From Thermodesulfobacteriota bacterium (GTDB lineage: Bacteria > Desulfobacterota > Desulfarculia > JACQYL01), in assembly GCA_963675595.2 (NCBI GenBank), contig CAXXLZ010000002.1, forward strand, positions 2,848,001 to 2,912,000: a stretch of DNA of 64,000 bases. Direction: 5' to 3'. The position numbers and the translations under genes are program-made. Below the pieces are notes generated by a model, which searched no databases, was not told the DNA's origin, and worked only from the letters and a program-made list of their open reading frames with translations. Shown here piece after piece: positions 30,888 through 44,721 of the stretch (its first letter is position 1; each line of letters opens with the position of its first letter).

Positions 30888-31155
30888 AACAGCTTTGGAC
30901 GAGTCCGTCACCCCTCCGTGAACCGTCCCCCGCGGTTCTTGGATCCACTGAAGGTCCCGTTGCGCCGTTCGCCGGCCCTTTCTCACGCTCACTTGAATCC
31001 GCCCATCATGGAACCTATATTTTAATTCGGCGAACCAAAACGGCAAAGCGAGCGGTAAAAAGAGCGCATTTCCGGCGTTCCGGTCGGACAAGTCTCGTGC
31101 CGTGGAGCGGCGATCCCACATTTGACGAAGATTCTGAAAGGATACGGAAAAAGGA

Positions 31156-32166
31156 ATGTCGAAACCCGTGATCGGGGTCACTATGGGAGATGTGGCGGGA
31201 GTCGGCCCCGAAATTATCGTGAAAATGCTCATCGAGGGGTCCGTTTTTGATTTCTGTCGGCTGCTTCTCATCGGAGATCGCCGGGCCTTGGAACTGGCCG
31301 CAGAGCGACTTGACTATGGAGAGGCTGTTTGCGAAATCGTGCGCGGAGAGGATGCCCGATCTCTATCTCGCGGGGTGTTCCTTTTGCCTGTGACCGATGA
31401 CGCGGCGGATAGAGTTCCCCTGGGGAAGGTGAATGCGGAGGCGGGAAAAGCCGCGGGACTGGCCATCCAAACCGCAGCCGAGCTGGCGCTTTCGGGTTCC
31501 ATCGACGGAATGGCCACCTGTCCCATCAACAAGGAAGGGCTCCGTTCCGCGGGTTATCCTCACCCGGGCCACACCGAGTTTCTGGCCGAGCTCACCGGTG
31601 CTCGAAATCCGATTATGATGCTGGCGGGGGATCGCCTCCGCGTAACCCTGGTTACGATCCATTGCCCTTTGAGCGAAGTGCCCGGTCGACTCACCACGGA
31701 AAAGATACTCGAAACCATTCTTGGTACGGATCGGGGTTTGCGTCTGGACTTCGGCATTCAGCGACCTAGGCTGGCCGTGGCCGCGCTGAATCCCCATGCC
31801 GGGGAAGCCGGACTGTTCGGTGACGAGGAATCCCGTTTGATCCAACCGGCCGTGCTGCAATCACGGGAACAAGGCGTGGATGCCTACGGTCCTTTGCCTC
31901 CGGACACGGTTTTCGTACATGCTTCGCAAGGCGCATACGACGCCGTGGTCTGCATGTACCACGACCAGGGGCTTATCCCCCTCAAGCTGCTTCATTTCTC
32001 CGATGGGGTCAACGTTACCCTGGGATTACCCATTGTGCGAACTTCCGTGGATCACGGCACGGCATACGACATCGCCGGAACAGGAAAAGCCGACCCCGCC
32101 AGCCTGATCCAGGCGGTGAAGACCGCGGCTTTTATGGTGGGCAACCGACAGGCCCACGCAAAATAG
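31156..32166 (+). CDS. pdxA: 4-hydroxythreonine-4-phosphate dehydrogenase (PdxA family)
   Basis: TMGDVAGVGPE, GHTEFLA, LNPHAGE, MYHDQGLIP, RTSVDHGTA. Confidence 0.93.
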   Translation: MSKPVIGVTMGDVAGVGPEIIVKMLIEGSVFDFCRLLLIGDRRALELAAERLDYGEAVCEIVRGEDARSLSRGVFLLPVTDDAADRVPLGKVNAEAGKAAGLAIQTAAELALSGSIDGMATCPINKEGLRSAGYPHPGHTEFLAELTGARNPIMMLAGDRLRVTLVTIHCPLSEVPGRLTTEKILETILGTDRGLRLDFGIQRPRLAVAALNPHAGEAGLFGDEESRLIQPAVLQSREQGVDAYGPLPPDTVFVHASQGAYDAVVCMYHDQGLIPLKLLHFSDGVNVTLGLPIVRTSVDHGTAYDIAGTGKADPASLIQAVKTAAFMVGNRQAHAK

Positions 32167-32380
32167 GACTCCGTTAAACTGTGTGACTTTGGTGGGGAAG
32201 ATTGTCGTCCCTTGGGACCCGCCGGCATTCCAAGGTCGGACGGACCTTCCCCGTCGTAGCCTCTTCGGGGAAAGACCGGAGGGTTTTCAGCCGAGCCCCA
32301 TCAAGCGACTCCGGTGCCGGGGAGGCCGGTTCACGGACATCGAATTTTGAGAGCATTCAACCGGACAGGTGATTCGTTTC

Positions 32381-35217
<2,837 letters not shown>

Positions 35218-35221
<4 letters not shown>

Positions 35222-35991
35222 TTCTCGCCGCGGACAATATCCACGCATTGAACCCCCAGGTGGCCGATGCCCTGGCAAGGGGAGACCGTGAACCTCTCGC
35301 CCGACTCGCACGGCGTTGCGAAGAGGCCGGAGCCCTCCTTCTGGACCTCAACCCGGGCTACCTGTCACAGAGGAATGAGCATCGCTTCCCTTTTCTGGTG
35401 GAAGCGGTACGGGAAGTCACGGACCGGAAACTGATCCTGGACAGCCCCAGCCCCAGGCTGCTCAAGGCGGCCCTGGCGGCCTGCGGCGACGTTAAGCCCG
35501 TGCTCAACGCTCTCTCACTGGAAAAGGAAAAATTGGACGGCATTCTGCCTCTGGCGGCGGAGCACGGTCTGCCCTTGACTTTGCTCCTGATGGACGAGCG
35601 CTCCTTCACGCCTCCCTCCATGGAGGAAAAGCTCGGCATCGCCCTCGAACTTTGGGAGGCCTGCGTTTCCGCCGGAATCCCGTCTTCGGATCTTTACTTC
35701 GACCCGGTACTGCCCAACCTTTCCTGGCCCGATGCCGCTCCTCGCATCGCCGAAGCGGTGAAGACCGTTCGTATGCTGGCTTCGGGCGCCGTACTGGGCG
35801 AAACAGTGAAAACCATAGTGGGTCTGTCCAATCTGAGAAGCGGCCTACGCAACGTTCGACCGGTTCAGATGGACACGGACTGTTTGACCCTGCTCGCCGG
35901 AGCGGGTCTTGATGTCGTACTCATGGACGTGCTGAACCCGCCCCTCCTGGAAGCCTTCAGCCGAATCAACGGTCTCCTGGGCCAAAGCTGA
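35218..35991 (+). CDS. Pterin-binding TIM-barrel protein, methyltetrahydrofolate:corrinoid methyltransferase (AcsE/MetH pterin domain)-like
   Basis: TTG start overlaps the uvrA stop (TTGA); [36 protein letters not shown]. Confidence 0.75.
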
Positions 35992-36531
35992 AAAGCCCTC
36001 CCCTTCCCACCTCCCTGCGTGAAAGACCACGGCCGGTCTTCGCCCATGGAACAGCGACGGCAATTCCGCGCAGCCATTCACACGGGGGAATCTTTGTATT
36101 GGGTCACACCGTCTCCGGGGAAACACCATCACCCCGGCCCCCCTTGCTGTTGTGTGCTCCCCTCCAGCGAAACGAAGCCGATGAGGGCGTTCTTAAGGTG
36201 CAACGCTTTCCTCGAAAAGTCGGATGATTGCGGGCCTGGAAACTCGTTCAGTGAGAATCCTCCGGGAAACCCTCGGACCCCGCATATTCGGGTTTTTTGG
36301 CGATTTCACGATTTTCTACCCATTCTTTAGTTTGGAGAATACAATTCAGCCTTCCCGGCTGAATGAAATGCATCTAGTCGTCGCTCGTCTCAATCTTTTC
36401 ATGTTGTGTATCCGATAGCACACAGCCGGACATAGCCGACTCCACGTGCCACACGTGCATGGCATTCTCGCAGGATGGGAGAGTCGCTATGACACTTTTC
36501 TGGAGCATAATCCCAATTATTTTTATACAGA

Positions 36532-36560
36532 TTGACAATATTATTGGTCTATTTGATACT
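36532..36560 (+). promoter_or_regulatory. Putative sigma70 promoter in the AT-rich region upstream of ORF 36824
   Basis: TTGACA-17 bp-GATACT. Confidence 0.5.
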
Positions 36561-36823
36561 TACGGTTATTTAATCATTCCGTAATTAAGCATATGGAACT
36601 CTCTGAAGCCCATGCCCCAACGTAAGATGATGATTCAAGGATCATAGCAAAAGTTGATCAACCCTCGGCTGGGCTAAGGATTGAAACATATGTAGGGAAC
36701 ATGCACCATTGAACCATGCTCCATCACCCAGGCTGTAACAGGGATTTTTCCGCTTAATGGAACTGTAATGCAATTACCTGAATCTCATCGTGCGAAATCC
36801 CGGTCCCACCATGGGAGGCCGCC

Positions 36824-37633
36824 ATGTTTCAGATGCTGAGCGGGCTGATGCAAGCATCCTCCGTTTTCATTACCATTATTTTGTCTATATGTTTACCCTT
36901 CGCTTCTACAAGCTTCTCCGCAGACCGGTGGGGCATCACGCATGCCGACATCAATACCGGCGAAAGCGGAGATGAGGATTGCGGTATTTTGGAAGGTACG
37001 GCAAAGAAAAAAAGAGGCGGCACCGACGACGGACACCGATCGCACGTCGTGTCCCTGAAGACTTTCGACGACGTTCACGGTGTGACCGTGGACTGCTCTC
37101 CAACACCCGGGGCCGGTCTGCGAAACGTTACCGCATCCTCCCCGTCCGAAGCCGGTGCTCCGGCTCACATCAACTTGCCTTACGGCGTGTTCTCCTTCGA
37201 AATCGAAGGAGTCGAGGCCGGCCGGCCGGTGACCCTGCATATTCTGATTCCAAAGAACACCGAGGTGACGGGCTATTACCGGAAGAACCCCATCAGAGGT
37301 ACTTGGGAAGACGTATCCATCACCGTGGATCACCATTCGGTGCCGGGGAGGAGCAGACTCACCATCCAATTCACCAACGACGCTCTTTGTGAAAGCGGCC
37401 CAACAGGTTTGCGTCGCGCGGACTTCGGCGGGCCGGGGATGCCCATCACGTCCGTCGTCAAAGACATCTCTCGGGTTTCCACCCTCTCCCTCCGGGGTGC
37501 GCTCTTCATGTGTTTTCTCTTGGGAATCTGCGCGTTGGTCCATCTCCGTCGAAGACGAACTTTTCGAGGAACAGGCTCCGGCGATACATCATGGGCGGGT
37601 AAACGATCCGATCATGGGGAAACGAAATCCTAA
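36824..37633 (+). CDS. Secreted protein: choice-of-anchor U-like domain plus IPTL-CTERM-like sorting signal
   Basis: Signal peptide; LPYGVFSFEIEGVEAG domain, alignable by eye with the C-terminus of ORF 46158; ends VSTLSLRG-TM-RRRR. Confidence 0.65.
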   Translation: MFQMLSGLMQASSVFITIILSICLPFASTSFSADRWGITHADINTGESGDEDCGILEGTAKKKRGGTDDGHRSHVVSLKTFDDVHGVTVDCSPTPGAGLRNVTASSPSEAGAPAHINLPYGVFSFEIEGVEAGRPVTLHILIPKNTEVTGYYRKNPIRGTWEDVSITVDHHSVPGRSRLTIQFTNDALCESGPTGLRRADFGGPGMPITSVVKDISRVSTLSLRGALFMCFLLGICALVHLRRRRTFRGTGSGDTSWAGKRSDHGETKS

Positions 37634-37703
37634 CGTCGACGGAGGAAGCGGCAAGCGCCGATCCGCCCCGACGGACGTTTGCGGAACCTGCGGGGAGTCA
37701 CAC

Positions 37704-38159
37704 TTACTTGGCTTTGGGACGTTTTCTCAGGCGAGACATTTCTTTGCGGATTGATCTCAGAGACTTCTGGAGATTCCGGTATTCGGGAGTATTGAGGTTC
37801 TGATTCCGTTTGCGGTAATCCCTCATCTGCTGAAGAACGTTTCGATATTGGTCCTGCAGGGCCCCCATGTTGCTCCTGTCCGGAGCTGCAGGCGCGGAGG
37901 CGGCCTTGACTCTTTGGGGGCGCGGTCCCGAGTGGGTTCCCGGCGTCCTGGAAGCCGCAGAGGGCCGTTTCACCGTTTCAATCAGGCGGTAGGCGTTTTC
38001 GTCTTCAAGAATCTCCCGAGGGACGTATTCCTTGTCGTTGGCATAATGGGTCCGCCCTTGCGAATCCTCCCACACATACACGTCCCCGCGCACGGCCGAA
38101 GCCGCCAAACACAGAATCAGCGCCACGAACAGGGCAACCGGTCTCTGAGGAAGTCTCAT
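37704..38159 (-). CDS. DUF4124-domain secreted protein
   Basis: Signal peptide followed by DVYVWEDSQGRTHYAND..VP; coiled-coil C-terminus. Confidence 0.8.
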   Translation of the reverse strand: MRLPQRPVALFVALILCLAASAVRGDVYVWEDSQGRTHYANDKEYVPREILEDENAYRLIETVKRPSAASRTPGTHSGPRPQRVKAASAPAAPDRSNMGALQDQYRNVLQQMRDYRKRNQNLNTPEYRNLQKSLRSIRKEMSRLRKRPKAK

Positions 38160-38264
38160 GTCACCCCGCGAAGGCCGGTATCCGGCGCTCCGCCGAACAG
38201 CGCAGCCTCCCGCTTCCACGGTTGTGAAGCGCGCCGTTCACTTAAGGTTTCCGCTCCTCCCGAC

Positions 38265-40304
38265 TCATTGGGTTCTTACGTCATGATGGGAGAAGCGCAT
38301 GGAAAACGTGGCCCGCCCCTGGCTGGCGGATCGGAGATCCGTAGAATACCCGAACATTCTGGAAAGGGGAGCCTCCGCCAGAATGATGCTCGCCCCGGCT
38401 TTGGCCGTGATCTGAAGAATACGGCCTTTCCGTGAGTTGAGGTTGCCGATGACGTCTCCCACGAACTCCTCGGGAACAAGAGCCTCCACCTCCATGATGG
38501 GCTCGAGGAGCACCGGATCCGCCGCCTTGCACGCTTCCCGCACGGCCATGGCCGCCGCCACGTGAACAGCCATGGCGGAAGTCTGTCCCTCTTTAAAATT
38601 CCCCGAAAGAACGACGACGTTTAAATCCGTCACGGGATAACCCATCACCGGACCGCTGTAGAACGCTTCTTTCGCCCCGGATAAAGCCGCTTCGATCCAT
38701 TCGGCGGGCACGGTTTCCGCATCGAGCAGCGATTCGGCCCGGTTGCCTTCTCCTCGGGGCGCGGGCCGGACCTCGACGCGAATTCCCGCGAAATGATGTT
38801 GCCCGCTCAGTTCCCGATCGAAGACCTCTTCCCCTTGTGCCTCCCGAGTAACCGTTTCCCGGTAGACAACCTGAGGCTTGCCCACGTTGGCGTCCACTTT
38901 GAATTCCCGCTGGAGACGATGCACGAGAATTTCCAGGTGAAGCTCGCCCATACCCGAAATCAGCGTTTGGCCCGTGTCTTCATCCGTTTTCACACGGAAA
39001 GTGGGGTCTTCTTCAGCCAGCTTGTTCAAGCAGAGCTGGAGACGCTCCTGATCACCGGCGGTCTTGGGCTCAACGGCCACGCTGATCACCGGCTCATAGG
39101 AGCTGATGGGTTCGAGATTCAGCGGATGGTCGAAATCCGTGAGGGTGTCGCCGGTGGCCGTGTTCTTGAGGCCGATAACACCGATAATGTCCCCGGCCAG
39201 AGCCTCCTGAATCCGTTCGCGCTTGTTGGAGTGCATTCTCAACAGGCGGGCGATCTTTTCTTTGTTCTCTTTGGACGCATTGAACACCTCGCCCCCCGCC
39301 TCCATGCGCCCCGAATAAATGCGCACGTAGCACAGCTTTCTTCCTTCTTCGTTCATAACCTTGAAACAAAGTGCGCAGAGCGGATCGTGGGGGTTGGCCC
39401 TTCGTTTCTCGGTCTCTCCCGTGTTGGGATTGACTCCCGCCACCGGCCAGGACTCCATCGGACTCGGCAAGAACTGGTTCACCGCATCCAGAAGAGGTTG
39501 CACCCCTTTGTTTTTCAGGGCTGATCCGCACAACACCGGAACGAGCTTGAGCTCCACCGTGGCACGCCGTATGGACTGAAGCAGGTCCCGTGTGGGAATC
39601 TCCTCCTCAGCCAAGTATCGCTCCATGAGATCATCGTCCACTTCGGCCACGCTCTCCAGGAGTCTCTCCCGCTCCTCCAAAGCCTCTTCCGCCAGTTCCG
39701 ACGGAATTTCGGAGACTTCGAACTCGGCTCCCAGGGTGGAATCCAACCATTGCACGGCCTTCATTTCCACCAGGTCGATCACGCCTTTGAAATCGGATTC
39801 CATACCCCAGGGAAGTTGCAGAAGCACCGGGCGGGCCTTGAGCTTTTCCTTCATCTGCCGGACCGTCCCCCTGAAGTCCGCTCCCACCCGATCCATTTTG
39901 TTGATGAAGGCCAGCTTGGGCACCTTGTATTTGTCGGACTGCCGCCAGACGGTTTCGGACTGGGGTTCAACGCCGCCCACGGCGCAGAACACCGCAATCG
40001 CCCCGTCCAGAACCCGCAGGGAACGTTCCACCTCGATGGTGAAGTCCACGTGACCCGGCGTGTCGATGATGTTGATGACTCCGTTCTTCCAGGCGCAGGT
40101 GGTTACCGCGGAAGTGATGGTGATGCCGCGTTCTTGTTCCTCGGGCATCCAATCCATAATGGCCGTGCCCTCATGTACTTCCCCCATTTTGTAGGTCTTC
40201 CCCGTATAATAGAGGATGCGTTCGGTGAGGGTGGTTTTTCCGGCGTCGATATGAGCCATGATGCCGATATTTCGCAGTTTTTCCAGTCCGCCTTTTTGCG
40301 CCAT
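38265..40304 (-). CDS. fusA: Elongation factor G paralog (not in an rpsL-rpsG-fusA-tuf context)
   Basis: [50 protein letters not shown]. Confidence 0.93.
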   Translation of the reverse strand: MAQKGGLEKLRNIGIMAHIDAGKTTLTERILYYTGKTYKMGEVHEGTAIMDWMPEEQERGITITSAVTTCAWKNGVINIIDTPGHVDFTIEVERSLRVLDGAIAVFCAVGGVEPQSETVWRQSDKYKVPKLAFINKMDRVGADFRGTVRQMKEKLKARPVLLQLPWGMESDFKGVIDLVEMKAVQWLDSTLGAEFEVSEIPSELAEEALEERERLLESVAEVDDDLMERYLAEEEIPTRDLLQSIRRATVELKLVPVLCGSALKNKGVQPLLDAVNQFLPSPMESWPVAGVNPNTGETEKRRANPHDPLCALCFKVMNEEGRKLCYVRIYSGRMEAGGEVFNASKENKEKIARLLRMHSNKRERIQEALAGDIIGVIGLKNTATGDTLTDFDHPLNLEPISSYEPVISVAVEPKTAGDQERLQLCLNKLAEEDPTFRVKTDEDTGQTLISGMGELHLEILVHRLQREFKVDANVGKPQVVYRETVTREAQGEEVFDRELSGQHHFAGIRVEVRPAPRGEGNRAESLLDAETVPAEWIEAALSGAKEAFYSGPVMGYPVTDLNVVVLSGNFKEGQTSAMAVHVAAAMAVREACKAADPVLLEPIMEVEALVPEEFVGDVIGNLNSRKGRILQITAKAGASIILAEAPLSRMFGYSTDLRSASQGRATFSMRFSHHDVRTQ

Positions 40305-40573
40305 AGTTCTGATCCAATCCCCCGCTTTCGGCTTTCCTTTCGCAGGCTCGACGACCGTGATGCAAGAATGGACGATGCGCCCGGCCGGCACGGCCCCACA
40401 GCGGTTTTCAACCTTTGGGGCAAGGGAGAGTCGTGCAATTCACGAAGTATACTCGGAAAAAAATAAAGGGATAGTGTATCGGTCGTGCGAAGAGCTGTCA
40501 AGCGAGGCACGGACAGCGAGGCACGGCCCGGTCCGACCGCGGAGCGCCGCCCCGTCGAGGCCGACACCGTGGT

Positions 40574-41293
40574 TTAGACCTTGTCCAGCAGTCCCTCTTC
40601 CCGAAAGCTGAACACTCGACCGCCGGCCACGATCATGTGGTCGTGCAGCACGATCCCCAGTTCTCCGGCAGTCTTGGCCACGGAATCGGTGAGCATCATG
40701 TCGTGGGGGGAAGGCTTGGGCGAACCGGAAGGGTGATTGTGGACGAAAATCAGGGCGGACGCCTTGTACTTCAACGCCTTTTCCATAATTTTGCGTGGAT
40801 ACACTTCGGCGCGATCCACGGTGCCTTCGTGGAGCACTTCGTCTCGGATGATCCGATTCCGGGTGTTGAGGAAAATGACGCGGAACTGCTCGTCGGTCAG
40901 GTGGGACATGGTCAGCTGGAAATAACGGATCAAGTCCGTGGTTCCCTGGATTTGAGTCTGCTTTTTCGCCTCCATCAGATGATACCGTGCCATGAGGTCG
41001 CGCACGAGTCTGAAAAGAAGAGCCGTATGCCCACCGATGCCCGGAATCTCCATCAGACGCTCGGGGTCTGCGCCCAGGACCGCCTCATAGCTTCCGAAAA
41101 CCTCCAGAAGCTTTTTCGCGATCGGTTTGACGTCCTTTCTCGGGATGGCGTAGGTAAGCAGAAGCTCGATGGCCTCGTAATCGGCCAAGCCCTCCATGCC
41201 GACCCTCCAATAGCGCTCCTTGAGGCGGCTTCGATGGTCTACATGGGAGGACTTTTTCCCGGCATCCTCTCGGGGTTCCGTATTCCTCTGCAT
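40574..41293 (-). CDS. radC: RadC/UPF0758 JAB-domain protein
   Basis: HRSRLKER, ELLLTYAIPRKDVK, HhH motif, JAB motif HNHPSG.PKPS..D. Confidence 0.92.
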   Translation of the reverse strand: MQRNTEPREDAGKKSSHVDHRSRLKERYWRVGMEGLADYEAIELLLTYAIPRKDVKPIAKKLLEVFGSYEAVLGADPERLMEIPGIGGHTALLFRLVRDLMARYHLMEAKKQTQIQGTTDLIRYFQLTMSHLTDEQFRVIFLNTRNRIIRDEVLHEGTVDRAEVYPRKIMEKALKYKASALIFVHNHPSGSPKPSPHDMMLTDSVAKTAGELGIVLHDHMIVAGGRVFSFREEGLLDKV

Positions 41294-41361
41294 TTTTCCG
41301 TCTGTTGGTTGGCGCGGGTTTCAGAAGACCGAACAAACACTCCGTCGGAAATCGGGAGTCT

Positions 41362-41937
41362 TCAACGCATCCCGGAGGTATCGCCGCTGTTGTCGCTCAG
41401 AATGTGTAATCCCACGAAAACATAGTGCAAACCGGAAGCCGTGGTCAGGGCCGTAACCCCCCAGAAGGTGGCCTCCAAGGCCCCGGCGGGGATGGGCACG
41501 GATTTGTCCAGCAGAACGGCGAATACCGTCAAGATTTGAAGTACGGTGGTCAGCTTGCTGACGATGGTCGGCCGAGCCATAAAAGTGCCCTTGAACAGCG
41601 TGACGATGGCGGCGCCGATGATGATGAGCACGTCTCGACTGATCACCACCACGGTCACCCATGCAGGTATTTCCTCCATGGCGGCCAAAACGATATAGGC
41701 CGAGCACAGCATGGCCTTATCGGCCAGGGGATCCAGGTAGCTGCCCAAGGCCGTTTGCTGTTTCAACGCGCGGGCCAAAAGACCATCCAACCCATCAGTG
41801 GCCGCGGCAAACACAAATACCAATAGTGCTGAAAGGAACGCCCGGTCCAACAGAAGCAACACCATGACGGGCGTCATGACCAGACGTACGGCCGTGATGG
41901 TATTGGGAATGTTCAAGGAGAAAGGTAAGAATCTCAA
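41362..41937 (-). CDS. CDP-alcohol phosphatidyltransferase (PgsA-like)
   Basis: NIPNTITAVR, TDGLDGLLAR.....LGSYLDPLADK. Confidence 0.9.
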   Translation of the reverse strand: MRFLPFSLNIPNTITAVRLVMTPVMVLLLLDRAFLSALLVFVFAAATDGLDGLLARALKQQTALGSYLDPLADKAMLCSAYIVLAAMEEIPAWVTVVVISRDVLIIIGAAIVTLFKGTFMARPTIVSKLTTVLQILTVFAVLLDKSVPIPAGALEATFWGVTALTTASGLHYVFVGLHILSDNSGDTSGMR

Positions 41938-43112
41938 CGTGCCCCGCCCGACGAGAGGATGGATACCGTGACATCATTGTCGCCTTTGGCCGCAGCGGAT
42001 ATGGAGACGCCTTCGATGTAAAGGTTCGACAGGCGGCGGGCCAATACTTCGGCGGAACCGGGATAAGTCACGATGAGTTGAAATTGCCCCGGCACAATAG
42101 AGTAGAGCTGGACGGACGTCACGCCGGGAATGCGATTCCTGAGGGCGTCACGAACCTTTTCGAACTGGGCGTAGGTGGTGACCTTGTCGATACGTACCTT
42201 GATCTGAACCATGGCCTGCCCCACGAAGGACTTCGCCTTGTTTTCCTGAGCCAGGAAAAGCTGGTCCAGTTCGGAAACCAGGTCTGTAAGGTTCTTTTCC
42301 CCGGCCACCGCAGGGTCGGGATTCTCCGTCTTCACCTCAACGCCGGAACGGTCCAGCAAAGCGCCGAGAGCCACGTCCACCAACCGTGTCTCGGCATCCG
42401 CGTAGCAGCGAGTCGCCGGAATGCCGCTTTCGGAGGGTTTACACTCCGACTTCCATGCGCAATAGAGCACCAAATCGGCGTCCTTTTGCCTGCCCAAATC
42501 CGCCCATGTCGCGACGGAAAGCTTGCTCACGTCGAAGCCCGCCGACCCCGCGTCGATCATGCGGGAACGAGACCTGGAAAGACTCCGCGCCACCACCTCT
42601 CGTATCGCCTTTTCTTCTCGAGGATCCCCTTGGAGAAAAACCAGAACGGAACGGCTTCCTTCAGGGGGGCCTATCTGAACTCCCGCCGCGGTAAGGGCAT
42701 TTTCCAGGTCTCTTCGAACCATGGAAACCTTAAGAAGCAGAATGTACCGATCTTTGGTCTGAGCCTGAGCCAACAGACGATATTCCTTCACCAGTCCCTG
42801 ACCGTAACCTAACACCGCTTCGCCCACGCCCTGAAGTCCTTGAGCCAGCGCTTCGACGGGCACCATGTCTTCCACGGCACGCAGCACCGCCCTGTTCAGG
42901 CCTTTCTCCAGGGCCGCGTTGCGCGTGGCCGCCAAGTCTTCCGCCTTCAGGGGAACACTGCTGAGCACGTTGAATTCAATCACATTCGACTCGGAACACA
43001 TACCGGCCGCACATGTGAAGAGCCAGAGCGCCGCGGCGGCAAGAAACGCAACCGACCGACGAGACAACACCGATGTTCCGAGACCGGGCCTGGAGGTTCC
43101 CTTCGACCGCAT
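41934..43112 (-). CDS. Secreted hypothetical protein, FlgT_N/DUF2066-like architecture
   Basis: Signal peptide; ATRNAALEKGLNRAV helix, VKEYRLL strand; C-terminal domain (LRNRIPGVTSV) resembles that of ORF 3680. Start uncertain. Confidence 0.55.
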   Translation of the reverse strand: MRSKGTSRPGLGTSVLSRRSVAFLAAAALWLFTCAAGMCSESNVIEFNVLSSVPLKAEDLAATRNAALEKGLNRAVLRAVEDMVPVEALAQGLQGVGEAVLGYGQGLVKEYRLLAQAQTKDRYILLLKVSMVRRDLENALTAAGVQIGPPEGSRSVLVFLQGDPREEKAIREVVARSLSRSRSRMIDAGSAGFDVSKLSVATWADLGRQKDADLVLYCAWKSECKPSESGIPATRCYADAETRLVDVALGALLDRSGVEVKTENPDPAVAGEKNLTDLVSELDQLFLAQENKAKSFVGQAMVQIKVRIDKVTTYAQFEKVRDALRNRIPGVTSVQLYSIVPGQFQLIVTYPGSAEVLARRLSNLYIEGVSISAAAKGDNDVTVSILSSGGAR

Positions 43113-43540
43113 CCGGCCGCTCTCCGACACGAAGAAAAAGAAATGAAGAAAATTCGACACGATGACCCCTCTGAGTTCCGGGCGCGAAGCATGGAGAGTG
43201 GGTCCGCCCCAAAACGGCTCTGACCGCGCGCCTTTCGCATGAATAAAATGATCTCAGTAAATTTATCAGAAGCTTCAGGGCAATACAAGACCGCCGGGGG
43301 AATCGGGTTCCCCCTATCCGGATGGGGAAGGAATGAGCCCAAAGCACCGCTCCGGCGGCCGCTGCTCCGGCGTTCTGATCTCGGCTCCTAAGTACGCGGA
43401 AAATCTACTCTTCCTCCCCTTGACAGTGAGGCGGACCGCATTAAATTAAGACAGTTTGGATAACAAAGGGTCCGGTAAGACCTAATTTGTGGGATGGAAG
43501 CAATCCGGAGAAGTGACTTTGCTTCAGAGGAGGTACGAAT

Positions 43541-43996
43541 ATGGTACGTTTGAAATGGAGGGAGCCCGCTTTCGGCAACACCTTCGAAGAACTTAACCGC
43601 CTGCGCAGGGAAATGAACCGGGTCTTTGACGCTTATCACCCCGCCGAACGCGCACCTTTCGGCTCCGGGGTATTCCCACCGGTCAATATTTACGAAGACA
43701 AGAACAATGTTTACGTGACCGCTGAATTGCCGGGGATGGACCCGAATTCCATCGACATTTCCATTCAAGGGGACAATATGGTCCTCAAGGGAGAACGCGT
43801 CATCGAACCCGCCGGTCAAGACGTGAGCTATCACCGGAAGGAGCGGCGGTCCGGTGTGTTCAACCGCGTATTGACGCTCCCGGAACGGGTGGACGCAACC
43901 AAGGTAAGCGCCGAATACAACAACGGAATGCTCAAAGTCGTTCTTCCCAAACTCGAGGAAGCGAAAGCCAGAAAAATCGAGGTATCCGTAAAATAG
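43541..43996 (+). CDS. Small heat shock protein (Hsp20/alpha-crystallin)
   Basis: FPPVNIYED, AELPG, ERRSGVFNR..TLP, AEYNNGML.V.LPK; GAGGAGG RBS. Confidence 0.95.
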   Translation: MVRLKWREPAFGNTFEELNRLRREMNRVFDAYHPAERAPFGSGVFPPVNIYEDKNNVYVTAELPGMDPNSIDISIQGDNMVLKGERVIEPAGQDVSYHRKERRSGVFNRVLTLPERVDATKVSAEYNNGMLKVVLPKLEEAKARKIEVSVK

Positions 43997-44008
43997 GAGA
44001 AAGGGGCT

Positions 44009-44407
44009 ATGGAGGAAAAAGACTTGCGGCTTGAAGAAAAACAACAGGCGGAGAGCGGAGTCGAGTCCACGGAGGGTCGGCCCCTTTTCGTACCCAGGGT
44101 GGACATTTACGAGGACAAAGACGCATTAACTTTGCTGATGGATATGCCCGGTGTGGACAAAGGGGGCGTGAGCATCCAATTGGAGAACAACCAGCTCATG
44201 GTGTACGGTAAAGTGAACCTGGATGAAGCTCCGGGTGAACGCATGTACTCCGAATATCGATTGGGTGATTATACCCGGACTTTCGCCCTGTCCGGAGAAA
44301 TCGATCAGGCAAAGATTGAAGCCGGCATGAAGCACGGAGTTTTGAGGCTTCATCTGCCCAAAGCGGAGGCGCTGAAACCCAGAAAGATCGATGTGAAGGT
44401 CGCCTGA
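44009..44407 (+). CDS. Small heat shock protein (Hsp20/alpha-crystallin), second of the tandem pair
   Basis: PRVDIYED, DMPGV, YTRTFALS..IDQ.KIEA.MKHGVL.LHLPK. Confidence 0.95.
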   Translation: MEEKDLRLEEKQQAESGVESTEGRPLFVPRVDIYEDKDALTLLMDMPGVDKGGVSIQLENNQLMVYGKVNLDEAPGERMYSEYRLGDYTRTFALSGEIDQAKIEAGMKHGVLRLHLPKAEALKPRKIDVKVA

Positions 44408-44721
44408 GCCTTTCCGGCTCGGCCGTTCCACGGTTCTCGTTGCTTTTTCGATTACGCGTACGGTGTGCGGATTCCCGAGACGGAATCCGCACGCATTTAC
44501 CTGGGTTGTGGACAAACCCTCGGCTGTTCACTCTCGAAATCTCCCTATTCTCTCGATGCGGCGCTAAGCGCCCCCACCTTCCCCTGAACCTTTTCGCCCT
44601 GCATTTTGGTTGCCGCAAAGCAGCGGAAGCACTCCCAAAGTCCACCTCGCCACGTAAAGCGGGCGCAAGCGCCCCCGGCATTGGCCGTCAGCGGACCAAA
44701 TAAGGAAAGGAATGCACTGAA

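Noticed and set aside
32167-32380. LexA box upstream of uvrA
   Set aside because: No convincing match to CTGT-N8-ACAG, GAAC-N4-GTTC or Geobacter-type boxes.
43380-43540. CIRCE operator before the hsp20 pair
   Set aside because: No TTAGCACTC-N9-GAGTGCTAA; only a weak TTGACA-16-TAAATT promoter candidate at 43420-43447.
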